A stretch of DNA of 64,000 nt from Octopus sinensis (lineage: Eukaryota). A program made the translations under genes and the position numbers. The stretch is from NCBI RefSeq assembly GCF_006345805.1, contig NC_042997.1, positions 63,674,001 through 63,738,000 on the forward strand, written 5' to 3'. Shown here in pieces: positions 25,050 to 39,989 of this stretch (positions within the stretch are counted from its first letter, which is position 1; every line of letters begins with the position of its first letter). A model generated the notes under the pieces. The model worked only from the letters and a program-made list of their open reading frames with translations, was not told the DNA's origin and searched no databases.

Positions 25050-27290
25050 CCTTTGAAAAAGAAAGTAGCTGTAATACTTTCATTTAATGTGTTTATTCTA
25101 ATTTAATAAGACTTATCTTGTCAAGATTGGTAGTAAGTGTTCCATCACGTTACCATGTGCTCCAATAGTTATAGTTAGAAATTTTGAGATATAATTGAGA
25201 AACTGCAGATTTCTCGACAGATCGGCATATACCCTTTCAATTATCTTAATCTTTATGCCAATAACATCGCTAATTCTGTTGACATCTGCTGGGCAACGGA
25301 TTCCAGTAGCCATGCAGGATTTCGTTTAACTGTCTGAGATCATTATATCTCCTCATGCATACTGTTTTTACAAGTCTTTACATGAAAAGTACCACTAGCA
25401 TTCTTGCAGATTATGTGAAACTTTGCTAAAGACATCACACTAGTGTATGTAATTATAAAATTTTCTCGCTGGGGCACCATATCTCATATGCAGTAGTATT
25501 ATTATTTTCAAACAGCTACTTTCAAGATTGGTGATACTACTGTCCGAATGCCATAGCTTATGCATGGGCTGTGACATAGAAGAGTTTTCTGCAGTTTTCT
25601 CCCCTTTAGTGCAACAGGTGTTTTGTTATTACTTTTTCATTATAGAAAAATCTATCTCCTTCAAATAGGGATTAATAACACGATTTTTAGTTCAAGATAG
25701 ACTTAACTGGTTACCCAGATTGCATGATAACTTTGAAGCATTCTTGGAATATACGAATGTAGGAAGCTTTCGCTTTATGCATAGAGTAACTCTTTTGCTA
25801 TTGGAGATGATTTCTGCTATTTTCTAAATGTTTATCTATGGTCATCATGTAGAGAATACATTTTGAGAGACTCATTTCTAACCATGATGATGTGATCTGT
25901 CTCCAATATGCAGATTTCCTACATGACTGAGCATCAATATTTCGTGCTTAGTATATGGGATATTAAAATATGTCAATGCTTACCAAGCCTGTCAGTTAAC
26001 GCTTAAATTAGAGGAAGTCTACTGATGCCATGAAAATGTCTCATATAGATTAACAGTTTGGGTTTCTATCATCACAACTCCGGACTCATCAAGCATCCAT
26101 GCATGTAGTCGAAATGTTGCCCCGAACATAATTATAGCAAACACATTGTGAGCTAGTGATTGCTATATGTGGAAAGTTCAAAGAACTGTAATTTCTTTAT
26201 ACCGATATTATAGTCCCTGGTTATAGTTGTAGTTTTCCATCGTGTTACGACTATGTAATAAATTTTATCCTGCCGCTCGCTAGATATTTTGAAATTGTAT
26301 TTTGGCAGGGATTTCCTTCATACTATTCATAATCTTGGCACATACTTCCAGAGCTTCCACAAGTAAGTAATGGGTTTAGCTGCTGTTTCTGTCTTCTAGT
26401 GAGTCAATCGTATAAAATTCAGATTCCCTTAACAAAGAGAGTTACTAACTGCCTCCTTGAAACAAATCGATGCGATACAGTATCGCTCACTGCAGTTAAC
26501 TCTGGAACGGTAGTCCTAGTGGATATCAAGTTGGTTATGAATTTGATAATGGCATTAAAAAGTTTTGAATATCGAAGGCTTTTTAGTATAATCAAATGGG
26601 GAAAAAAATCAAATGTTTTCCTTTGATACCACTGTACTCCAGACATCAAGGTTTTGTTAATTTTTCAGATACACCTTTCTTCCACCTGCTTGTTCAGCTA
26701 CTTCTCACAGTGATGTTGGAGAAATAGAGTCAGACAGGCTGTATCCCTTTTTACATGAGTTTATGATATGCAATAGGGTGGTAGGTTTTCGTCTACTGAA
26801 GAGCATTTTTGGGGGTATGTGTATTCTTTCTACTGGCGTGAGCAAGAGTGGTTTGCTTACATTTCTATAGCGAACTTACCAGTAAAGATGAATAGAGGGT
26901 TAGATTTTGGTTCTAGTGTTCCACAATCAAGTCTCTTTCTGGTGCTTTCCTATCGAAAATATTTTGAATCACAATTTCAAGGACTTCACCATTGATGTTT
27001 TGATAAATTTTTTGCACTCAACATATAGATTAATCTCCCCTGCCTCACACCACCTTTTTCCTAGAATCACCCTGTATTTCCCGTGAAGAAATCTCTGTAG
27101 CATTTATTCATTACCCCCTCATGTCTATGTAAATTGCTGATTAGTTTTCATTGAGCGTCTTGCTAATTATTTTTCTTTTAGCTGCTTTCTTCTGATAACG
27201 AGATTTTCTTTATCAGCTTCTATCTAGATCCTATTTAAGGGCAATTTAAGGGCATATACTCAAGTTTTCTCTTCTTACTGTCATCATAAA
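25050..27290 (-). mobile_element. Highly degenerate R4/Dong-like non-LTR retrotransposon (RT + REL endonuclease)
   Basis: Minus-strand remnants: RKAPERDLIV, DY..KAFD, FQG, and C-terminal CPADVN..YADLSRNLQ..IGAHG. Confidence 0.65.
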
Positions 27291-30200
27291 TAGATTCTAT
27301 TTTAATTTTCAATCTGTTTATAAGAAGTGAAGTTATTTTGTTGTTAATATGTGGTGATCACTGTTAAGTGAATTAGACTTCAGTATAATCTGTATCTAGT
27401 TATAAAACCATATATATGAAGTGATAAAAATTATCTTGCTATAACATTAGAAATAAATAACTTATTTTTGTGATTCTATTTTAAATTATTCCCTACGTTA
27501 TTTACAATGTTGAAGCTTTAAACAAGTCTTCTGGTTTACCTAATTATTTGAATACGGGTTATAACGCATGCTTTACTCTATTCTATTTCAAATTTGTCAC
27601 GAATTTCTGAGCGAAACGTATGTTCCTATTAAGAACTGTTTGAACTCAGAATTTAATTTAAAAATAAGAAAAAATAAAAGAAGTAAAATGTGGACGACAA
27701 AAATGTAGTCGTTGTTAAAATATGCTGGAGTGAGAATATGAAGATTCTGACACGGATAAAAATCTTAGAATTTTTTGTGAACTCTTTACTTAAAATTTTA
27801 TTTTGCAAATATCACGAATTGGTAGCTACCATATGCACTTACAGAGTCAAATATAATTATTTTATCTTTTAACCCTCTAACAGGGATTCAGTTATATTCT
27901 AAAACTTGATTTTTAAATTCAAGCTTAATCTCAGTCCAGAAAAGCAATCAATACAACTTCCCAATTTTTCTTCGATATTATTAGAAAAATATATTCAAAC
28001 AATATTCTAAAAATAATACGGTCGATATGGCAAGACTTAACAGCAAAATACTAAAAGTTTTCATACATCGTAATTTTCAAATATTTTCTATATTATCATA
28101 ATTTGTTGCCAATACTGTACTAGCACGTGAGTAAGTGACAATAAACATAGAGTTGTTCACACGCGGAGTATTGAAAGTGACACAAGATGTCACAGAACAT
28201 TAAAAAAATAATTGGAAATTCTAAAGCGATGATTTGTTTAATTTTTACTTATTGTCTGATTTCTTTATCTTGAAATCGTACTCGCTTAGTATAGCTATCT
28301 ATCACATCTATAGTATAATACTTAATCGAAATACTCCACAATTCAGGCCAACCTGCACACATATATACGTATATTTAAATATATATAAATATGCATATCC
28401 ATACATACATATGTACTTATATATGCATGCATACACATAGACATACAGACACATACATATATACATTTGTGTGTATGTATGTGTGTATGTACAGATATAA
28501 TATATGTATGTATATATATATATATTATATGTATGTATGTATATATAGACAGTTATTGCATTCACATTTCGGGTTTTATTGCTAATATGTTTAATTCTCA
28601 CCGTTGTGTTTTCACACGGAATCATGCATGGCCACATCAATAATGAGAGAAAAGAACGTGGCGCTGATATTTGTGCTCTTTTGTTTCATCTGCTATATAT
28701 GTTTCAGTATTCGGCAACACATGATGTTACATTATAGATGCACTTCATAGAGGTAGCATACATACGTTAACAGATCTTAGCGCAAATAATCGAGAACTAC
28801 ATGTCACAAACATGCAGCAACCAAATTTGAATACGATATTAGAGGGGGAAAATAGAGAGGATATCTAGGTTAAGAACTACCAATAGGGATCGGATTCGAG
28901 AATAATTGGGGTGAATTGTTGACAAGATTTAGGGGACAGGTCACACTTACATGATATTTTGATTACGGAGAAAAGCGAGCGAGTAGATAATAATTTGGGT
29001 TCCATTTTGGATGCAATAAACATACAGCATTAAGGTTCATGGCGTCAGTATTGATAGACGTGCCCGGAATCATATCCACATACACATACAAACAAGAGTA
29101 CAAATATTCATTAACAGGTCCGCGTCCTCACCCACTCATATAAAGACACACAAGTAAACAGACTAGTATATACATATATACATGCACACATATCTACCTA
29201 TCTGTCAATCTATCTATCTATCTCTCATATACACACATATATTCACACAAGCATACACACAAAATAGATGTGCAGTATGTATATAATGCAATAAGATATT
29301 ATAATAATACATTAATATATTAAGATATATTAAATACATCATAATATAGGTGACAGCAGCAATTAAAACCAAAACGCTAAAATTAATAAATGATGGTGCA
29401 AAATAGCGCATGCAATTACTAGAAATGAGAGCTAAAATTTTAACACATACAGCCACACAAAGCCACTAACCTCATGAACTATCCGGCATGGTGAGCAGCA
29501 AGCCACAGCATCTTTCGTTGGCGAGATAAGCTCACGGAAAGGAGTAATTTGGTAAAATTTTATCATGTGATTTCGAAATTTGATCAATATGGTCTTATTT
29601 CTCGTCAGAGGCTTCGACGATTACTCTGGATTAATATATGTGTGTATGCACACATACACATATACATATTCATGTACGTTCCCAACACACACGTACATAA
29701 TGAAATACAAAATTATTATCTATATTTGTGGTTGTGGTGGCCGCGATCTCACCTTACTAACTCCCGCTCCCCCATCCTCTATTTTTGTACCTCGCAACTC
29801 TTTGAATCTTATTACTGAATGTATGTGATACGTATTTCTCGTTGATCTGTTTGCGGATGTGTTAGTTTATGTATGATACTCTAACAAGCTGCATCTACAG
29901 CTTAAATCTATTCAGTGACATGCGGCATTACCGAATATTAAAACACATGTAACAGATGAAATGAAGGAGTACCAAATTCAAGCACATAGTGTTTCCCCTC
30001 ATTATTTATGCATACGATGGATCCCTGGAAAGTTTTGGGCTTTAGTTAAAAGAAAACAAATGAGTATTATTTAATTATGATTTTAATCAACATATTCCCT
30101 TCTCAGACTCATACACTTATTGCCTAATACATATATACATGTATACATATGTATTAGGCATTTAATCATTCGAAATATTAAACCGTTAACAGTGAAATGG

Positions 30201-30514
30201 AGCATTACTTGAGAGTATTTTCATGCCTTCTTTTCATCAACGTTTGTGCAACCTAATGTGATATGTATGGATCAAAACACACAAATTTCGTTTCGTCTTC
30301 AAAACCGATATCTCTATTCTAACACAGAGAAAAAATACGATTGATTACGGTAGATGATGGCAGATATTAGACGGGAATAGGTCAGGAATTTCATCAAATA
30401 AATTCCACTCTATAGCATTGGTCATTCAGATTCTATCATAGAATATATTTGATCAAATCACCGGAGACAGAATCGCGCCCTTCTATTCGAGATATCTTTT
30501 GTCTTTTGTCGTTT

Positions 30515-30710
30515 GCATGTTTTGGCCATTAGACTGCAGCATTGCTGGAGTACTCACTTGAATTTTAGTCGAACGAATCGTGGCTGGTACTTATATTTTT
30601 AGCACGGTATTTATATCGATGCCTTTTTGCCGAACCGTTTGTATTACGGAGACGTAAACACACAAATGCTGGTTATCAAGCAGTGGCGGCGGAACAAATA
30701 CAAACACAGG
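30515..30710 (-). mobile_element. SINE 3' portion, degenerate
   Basis: Minus strand: CGGTTCGGCAAAAAGG...GATTCGTTCGACTAAAATTC...GCAGTCTAATG. Confidence 0.55.
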
Positions 30711-31001
30711 CACACGCAAAACATATTCTCTCTCTCTCTCTCTCTCTCTTGTTATTTTCTTAAGAATTCATTTTCCTCGGTGTCTTTTCTTTCAATGTTG
30801 TCTATTGTTTAGATATAGGTGGAAGCCTATTCCACGCATAAAATTAGTTGTGATGCATCGAGTAACCAATATATCCATTAGCTGTTATCTCTCATAGGTT
30901 TATTAAGAACTATAACATATAATTCTTCATTTCAAGTATAAGGTCAGAGTGAAAGTACTTGTGCTCCTTAGATATGCATGAATATATATATATATATATA
31001 T

Positions 31002-31050
<49 letters not shown>

Positions 31051-31056
31051 ATAATT

Positions 31057-31268
31057 GAAGGTATCCCAGATACCACCATGCTAGAGATGGCAGCCAAATC
31101 ATGACTCCAAAACCACATGACGTCTTCAAACAGCAGTAAGTGAAGAGACAAATGGACAAATAAACTAGCAAAATATTGGATAATCTTAGACCCTGGGTTT
31201 CTGGCCATGTATAAAAATATAATTTGATTCTTCAGTGAGATAAACCATGATAAAGAACATAAGTACGA

Positions 31269-31344
<76 letters not shown>

Positions 31345-31348
31345 ATAT

Positions 31349-31391
<43 letters not shown>

Positions 31392-31583
31392 ATATATACA
31401 TACACGGAAGAGGCAAAGTATATTCCTATACAGTGCCAGAAATCCAAGGCCTGGGATTATCCAATATTTTGCTAGTTTATTTGTCTATTTGTCTCATTAC
31501 CTAGTGCTATATGAATAGTTTATGTGGTTTTGAAGTCAGGCTTTGGTTGCCATTTCTAGCATGATGATACCTTGAATACCCTC
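31057..31583. mobile_element. Foldback/MITE with ~155-bp terminal inverted repeats and (TA)n in the spacer
   Basis: 31057-31213 is the inverted partner of 31427-31583, e.g. GACAAATAAACTAGCAAAATATTGGATAATC. Confidence 0.8.
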
Positions 31584-31734
31584 TGTTATAATATTAATGA
31601 TAATTATTACCTATAATACTTGATATGACCATTATTTTGAATAACAGTCTTATCCTTATCCATACGTACATACACACACACATACACACACATACACACA
31701 CACACATACACACACGCACACACACACACATATA

Positions 31735-31933
31735 TGTCGAAAACACTTGACCGAAACCTGCAGGGGAAAAGGAAGCGAGGACGCCCGAAGCAGACGTGGA
31801 AGCGGGGCATTTTGGACGAGCTCAGGACCACTGGCCTGATATGGGAAGCAGCAAAGAAACACGCCAATGACTGCAAACAGTTGAAAACAGCAGTTGAGGA
31901 CCTACGCTGCATAAGGGGCAAAAAGGATTAAGA

Positions 31934-31935
<2 letters not shown>
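31735..31935 (+). mobile_element. RTE-clade LINE 3' end
   Basis: RNLQGKRKRGRPKQTWKRGI...GLIW..AKK...AVEDLRCIRGKKD*, followed by (TA)n. Confidence 0.75.
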
Positions 31936-31990
<55 letters not shown>

Positions 31991-32372
31991 CATACATACA
32001 TATGGACACTCACGCAGATATACGGACTTGTCCTACTACTTAAATTCAAAAGCACTTGGACAGATGAACATACTCATCGATATAAATAGACTTGTTTAGG
32101 AAATATCAGTTAAAACGTATTCCGGCGTGCAATTCCACGGTCCACTTTGAGTTCTAGATCCAACGTAGGGGAGGTTCCAGGTATGATGTCATCGAGATGA
32201 GAGAGTCAAAATGTATTCATTATCAAACAAATATTAAATGTCAAAGTTTGTTTATTCACTTGAAAAAGAAGTCTTATTTTTTTTTCATGATATAAATGAT
32301 TTGTTCATCGATCAATAAAACGCGTCTGAAGCAGTTGTAGTGAACTACAACCCACTTCTATTCTTGTGTATC

Positions 32373-32420
<48 letters not shown>

Positions 32421-32424
<4 letters not shown>

Positions 32425-32766
32425 TATATTAATTAGAGACAAAACCGCTATTATGCAATCAAACATTTCTATGAGACATTCTTCAGGTGGTTTCCAAACC
32501 TTCTTTGCAAGTTTTAAAACTTGCAAAGAAGGTTTTGAAACCACCTGAAGAATGTCTCATAGAAGTGCTGACACGAAACGATCGTAGTGGTTATTTTATT
32601 ATATTTAATTTATATAAAACTTTTTATGTATTGGCTTAAGTCTTTCTTTGTTTGATTTGCATAATAGTGGTTTTGTCTCTAATTAATATAATATAATATG
32701 TTACTATAAAATTGGATTCAATCCTAAATCTGATTTTTCCCTGTAAATTTGGATTTATTCCCTAAT
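32421..32766 (+). mobile_element. PLE terminal segment with hammerhead and nested inverted duplications
   Basis: 98-bp palindrome at 32467-32564; 32421-32465 is inverted relative to 32649-32694; homologous to 7886-8103. Confidence 0.78.
32540..32591 (+). ncRNA. Type I hammerhead ribozyme
   Basis: ACCAC-CUGAAGA-AUGUC(UCAUAGAAGUGCU)GACAC-GAAA-C(GAUC)GU-A-GUGGU. There is an A-C mismatch at the base of stem II. Confidence 0.75.
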
Positions 32767-32815
32767 ATTTATTATTATTTATATATATATTATTTATATA
32801 TATATATATATTATA

Positions 32816-32871
<56 letters not shown>

Positions 32872-33080
32872 GTGTGTGTGTGTGTAACTACACACGTACT
32901 GTTGGCGATTCCTTTTTCTTCTTTGTACTTTTGCCTGTCTACTTCCCGACGAAGAGTTATGCTCAAAACGTCAAGCTCTCTGTTTTCAACTATCGTCAAG
33001 CTGATACATTTCTTGTGCACGTCCTCCTGTTGTCCGTTAATTTTAATTGTTTATTTGAATTGACTGTATATATATATGTG

Positions 33081-33224
33081 TGGCGAGCTGGCAGAGTCGT
33101 TAGCGCGCTGAACGAAGTACTTAGCGGTATTTCGTCTCATCAACCGGGGTGATGTTATCGATTTAATCCCGCTGTCCCTGTTTGTCTTCTATATGTTTAG
33201 CTTCCTGTGCGCAAGAAAAAAATA
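33081..33224 (+). mobile_element. Internally deleted Meta-type SINE
   Basis: Head GGCGAGCTGGCAGAGTCGTTAGC is joined directly to the GGGGT.GATGT.ATCGA tail. Confidence 0.65.
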
Positions 33225-35947
33225 TTTGTGTGTGCACGTGCGCGCGTGTAGACGTATGTATGTGTGTGTGTGAGAGTGTGCGTGTGTATGTACCAGCATG
33301 TTAGTTATAACTCTTGTTGATTAGCTCCGAGTCAGCTCAAATTTCAATGAGTAGAACCCCGTTAAAGGCTTTTAGTCACGATCAATGTTTTTTCCCCTTT
33401 TTTAAGGATATCTAATATCACATAACTTATGTGTCTTTATTAAGGCTGTGGCGGGTGATTCGAGAATAAAATTGACAGCTATGCTAGCAACTCATGCATA
33501 CAAGCAGAAACTCCTTATGTGTTTCCGGTGTAACTGAATTAGTTATTCATGTTTATGTACATGAATTAGTCTATGCATCATTGAACTCGTGTGTGGCTCT
33601 GTCTCTGTCTTTTACACACACACACACATACACACACTCACACACACACACGCACACACACACACACAAGGTTATTGCCAGCCGCAAATATGCTAAGGGA
33701 ATATTCGAACACGTAAGAAAGCCATTAAGTATGTTGTCATGTAGAATATTTCTCGGTGTAGAAATGTGGTGTGTATACACCAAAATCATCCCACAGCTCC
33801 AACTACCAAGACTCTGAGAGGCAAGCATGTCGGTTATTCTATCTTCAATCGCAGAAACTGGACAGGATGCACCGCGAGCTCATAAAAGAGATTATCTCCC
33901 TTATGATATTCCCGTCATCGTATAATGACTGGGAGTGCTAATCAACGGCTCATCGCAGACAAATTATTGGATAGTAGCGCTAAGCACTGATGTGTATAAA
34001 TACAAATTTATATTCAGTTCAAATGTGTTTGGGGCATATTCGAAGCATTAAGAAAGCTATTTATTGTATTTTGTAATAGAAAAGATTTCTCGCTGTAGAC
34101 AAGTGGTTTTTAAAAAACAGCTCGCTGTGCCAACAACCCAGACTGTGAGTTGCAAGCATTTCGAAGAGGCACTAATCAATGGTTACTTAGATGTGGTAGC
34201 ATTTTGAAGATATTCTACTCGTAAAATCTATTTGGATTTCAGTCCATTTGGTGAGAATGTTATTTTCTACAAGATTTAGAAACATAAAAATGTAAGTTTG
34301 TAATATATTTTCGCACAAGCAATTGAAGATTTAAATGGTTTGGGAAACTTAAAGTGTGTAGATCACATAAATATTTTCACACCTTCCGAGAATGATGGCA
34401 GAAAGGAAAATTCTCATCTTATTGAAGACGTTACACAAACACTTCGAACGTATTAGACTCCAATAAATGCATAAAAGTAGCAAATAGCAGCGTTAAGCTG
34501 AATAACTGATTACGACCACCACTGAAAAAGAGGAGCATTCTCTCCGATGGATTACCACATTAATTCCATCTATCAGATTTAATCTATAATCCTTCGATTG
34601 ACATGAAGCCAGGGTAAATGGCACTTTTCAATGGCGTCGTGCCAGTGATTGCAAAGAAACCTATTTTCGCAAAGCGAAATTTTTACTTCTTCAGATAATT
34701 CAATTTATCACTCAACTTGAGTGAAACTTAAAGGTATAACCTAAAAGAAATTATTCCTTAATTGATTAAATTTTATATCAAGCAATAAACAATTCAGCTG
34801 TACAATTTGTTCTCGTAAATATGCTAAACATTCTGTATAAAACAATAGAATTTATATTATTTCCCTCAAACAGTCATTAACATAAATGATGGGCCTGGAA
34901 GTAAACAAGCTCAAGAAGTAAAAAGGCACAGGTCTCCTCTCTCTCACGAAAATAAATAAATAAATAAAATGACAAAAAAAATCCTAACAAACTACCTCGT
35001 TCCACAGTGGGCCTCTGATCTGAAGCTGACTAAAGGGTATTTAGTTTGAAATTTATATCGGATATTGCAGGAAGGCACATAGTGTTCTTGGGATTATAAT
35101 AGACTTCCCATATTTTTATTAGTGAATTGTGATATCTTATTTATTTGCTTATGGACGCTACGATAATGAACGTGATAAAATCTTTTTGCATGGTAGTATC
35201 ACACACTTTTATTCAGTTACGTGAGGATGCACCCCATTGAAAAAAGATCTAAATATGATTAATATTAGTAAAGCTGAGTTCATGCAGAACTTAAAGTGCT
35301 TTAGCATACACTAATACACATGCTTAAAAAACTATCAAAATATCTAATACACCTACAACATCACATGGGATTATGAATAGAATGCATGCAAACGTTTTTA
35401 ATTAAGATGAAGCTTTTTAGTAAGTATACTCTTCCGTACACAAGTATCGTTTGTGTAATGATGAATTACAAATTAACTTAACACCTAAATTCGACATCTC
35501 ATATGACACCTCCGACACAGTACTTCTATAATATTTGTGACTGAGATTACTATGCCATATCAAAAACAATGTCGTTAAATTGATGTTGACGTTTTCTTTA
35601 TTTTATTCATAATTATGAATAAGAACTGAGATTTATTTGTACGATTTCGTGTATTCATATGAACACACACACGCGCGCATGCATACATACATCTGTTTGT
35701 GAGTATGTGCATAAAGTGGGGTGTGATAAACATAGATCATGAGGATGACAGAGAACAGATGCTAGTACTTGTAAGTACATGAATAATGTGTGCCGTTGCA
35801 AACGTGTCTTTCGTGAGTGCATGTGTGAGATCTCAGTTAATAAATATATGTTAAATCTATATATCTATCTATCTATTTTTCTATCCATGTATCTATATAT
35901 ATATATATGTATATATACATTATATATACATATATATATATATATAT

Positions 35948-36044
<97 letters not shown>

Positions 36045-36087
36045 ATTCACAAAAAAGACAAAAGACAAAGGCAGGTGGTGTAGACAT

Positions 36088-36138
36088 AAAGAAATGTATT
36101 ACGTTAACGGTCGGGAAGTGAAAATGAATGTATGTAAA

Positions 36139-36213
<75 letters not shown>

Positions 36214-36274
36214 CATATATTTACATACTTACATTCATTTTCATTTCCCGACCGTTAAAGTAATACATTTCTTT
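36088..36274. repeat. Near-perfect inverted repeat around (TA)n
   Basis: AAAGAAATGTATTAC.TTAACGGTCGGGAA.TGAAAATGAATGTA is matched by its reverse complement at 36211-36274. Confidence 0.9.
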
Positions 36275-36275
36275 G

Positions 36276-36324
<49 letters not shown>

Positions 36325-36490
36325 ACAAAATAATAAATAAAACAACAATAATAATAAAATAATATATATATATATGTGTGTGTGTGTTTGTATATATATA
36401 AATAAGGATAATATGTTATTTATATACCGATCTTATCAGGTGGCCAGTATGGGAATAAAAACCTTCAAAGGTAATAATTATTATAAAAAA

Positions 36491-36639
36491 TATAATTTAG
36501 GATTCATAGGAGATACCACCACGCTGGAAATAGCAGCCAAATTTTGCCTCTAAAACCACATTAAATGTTCGTAGTTTTAGAATCAAGTTTTGGGTACTAT
36601 TTCCAGCGTGGTGGTATGTCTTAGATACATTAAATTATA
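36491..36639. mobile_element. Internally deleted member of the 31057-31583 foldback family
   Basis: ATACCACCACGCTGGAAATAG is perfectly inverted (36513-36533 / 36597-36617) and homologous to the TIR at 31070-31120. Confidence 0.7.
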
Positions 36640-37307
36640 ATTTTAAATATACATGTATATATAAATAATCTCTGCTTGCAACTACATATGTGGGTGTGGA
36701 TGAAATCTTGATATTAGCAATCACCAAAACATCTTATTTATCTGAGCTAAAATTATTAATGTGTTTATCTCACATGAGATATCGAGATGTTTTTCTGTGT
36801 ATTAAGACAAAGAAATTAGAAATATTTCCTTTATTCAAAACAATAGAGAGGATATAGTGAATTCTTTGATGAACACTTAGTTTCTATACATGCACAACAT
36901 CAGGTGTGAAAGAGAGACGGAACATATGCTCATTACATGAACTTGTATTTGTGTGTGGGTCTTGTGGCAATGCGTGCTTACGTATGAGCCTTTCGGCAGT
37001 GTCTGTTCCGATAATCCCAGCTGAAAAATATACTTCAATAGCAGCATCACATAAATTCAACGTACTTGAATATGATTATTATTTATTTATTTCTAACTAC
37101 ATTACAGAAGTTGTAAGATAAAACAGTAAATATTTAATTTGAATTAATGTATTAAAAGCATTGTCTCATCACATTCACAAATTCCTTGATATTGCTAGTT
37201 GCTTAACGAGTATTTTATTTTGCAGTAATATTTCAATAAACAGATTTATACCCAAGTTCTTTCCGATTTTTTGCTTTATATGGCGCCAGTTTGCTTTATA
37301 CGGCAAT

Positions 37308-38570
<1,263 letters not shown>

Positions 38571-39679
38571 TGGCACCGCGAGTGTCGCGTTGCTCTCAAG
38601 CAACTCTGCCGTCCTGGGTCGACCTTAAGTGACTTCAACACAACCAAAGCATTCTATAGGGGTTTAGTGGAGGGGAGGTACGACGACGAGCTCGGGGCGA
38701 ACCTGGACGTCGACGAGGAGTACCTGACCCGCCTGTTCGGGACGACTTTCGGGCCAGGGCCCATGGACAACTTCCAGAGATCCCTGGCCTGGCAGTGCTA
38801 CCGAGAAGCGCTACCCGTTCGGGATAAGCTCTACAGACACGGCTCGAGAAACACGGGGCCGACCTGCCCGAGATGCGGTCAGAGCGACGAAACCGTTCTG
38901 CACGCACTCGTTCAGTGTCCAACAATTTCCGACCTGTGGGCTTATGTCGAACAACTGCTGTCACGTGTGGGACGAGTCGGTTTATCAGCTGAGTCTATCG
39001 TCAATATTGTCACGCCTCCTTCCTTCAAACGGGAAGGAAGAGCTATTTTCATCATCCTTGTGGCTATGGCGAAAGAATGTATCTGGTGGACGCGTCTGAA
39101 AGGATTGGAGACAAACACTTTCCTCTCTGGTCAATCTCTCATCAACTTCTTCAAGTACCACTTGAAAAGGAAAGTGAGAGTAGAGAGGCAAGTTTTGTCT
39201 AGCGAATGTTTTAAAAAAAGATGGGTGAATGTAGCAAGAATGGCACGTATGAATGACGAAGCCACCTTGAGCATAGTCCTATGAACCCAGAAATCGAAAA
39301 CAGAGAGTTGCTTATTTGCAAAAAAAAAAAAAAAAAAAAAAAAGAAATATAAAATGGACTTCATTGACCGAGGTTACCGTGGTCTTTTCCGCAGGCTTTT
39401 CTTTCCACGGGTAAACCTCACCTGTCCTCCCTTTACACTTCATATTGACATTTCTGTGATAACGATCCCTATTGATCATTTTTTTTTCCTCTCCCCCCTT
39501 TTTTTTTTTTTTTTTTTTAACCCCCCTTATTTTTGTCCTCTTTCTCTCCTTTTACGATCCCTTTTGATCGAACCTCCCCCTTCCTTTTTTTTTTTTTTTT
39601 TTTAATACCTTCAAAAGAAAAGCTCTACCTTGTAATTTGTTCTATCTGTGTGCAGCCCTGTGTGGCTAATAAAGAAACA
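38571..39679 (+). mobile_element. Tx1-clade LINE copy 2, 5'-truncated, open C-terminal frame, 16-17 bp TSD
   Basis: Near-identical to 6608-7712. TATCTATCTAACTATCT occurs at 38555-38571 and 39680-39696. Confidence 0.93.
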
Positions 39680-39715
39680 TATCTATCTAACTATCTATCT
39701 ATCTATCTATCTATA

Positions 39716-39788
<73 letters not shown>
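39680..39788. repeat. (TATC)n array, segment 3
   Basis: Directly visible. Confidence 0.95.
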
Positions 39789-39989
39789 GTATGTATGCAT
39801 ATATGTATGGATATATGTAGGTAAAAAAAGAACAAATATGTGTGCAAACGTGTGTTTATCCATGTGTGTGTGTGTGTGTTTGTGTGTGTGTGTGGTTTTG
39901 ATGCATGATTTTGCGATTGAGCGAAAGCCTATTCAAACTGAGGGTAAAGTACTGTTCAGAAATTAATGTATGTAAATACACTTTGTTTA

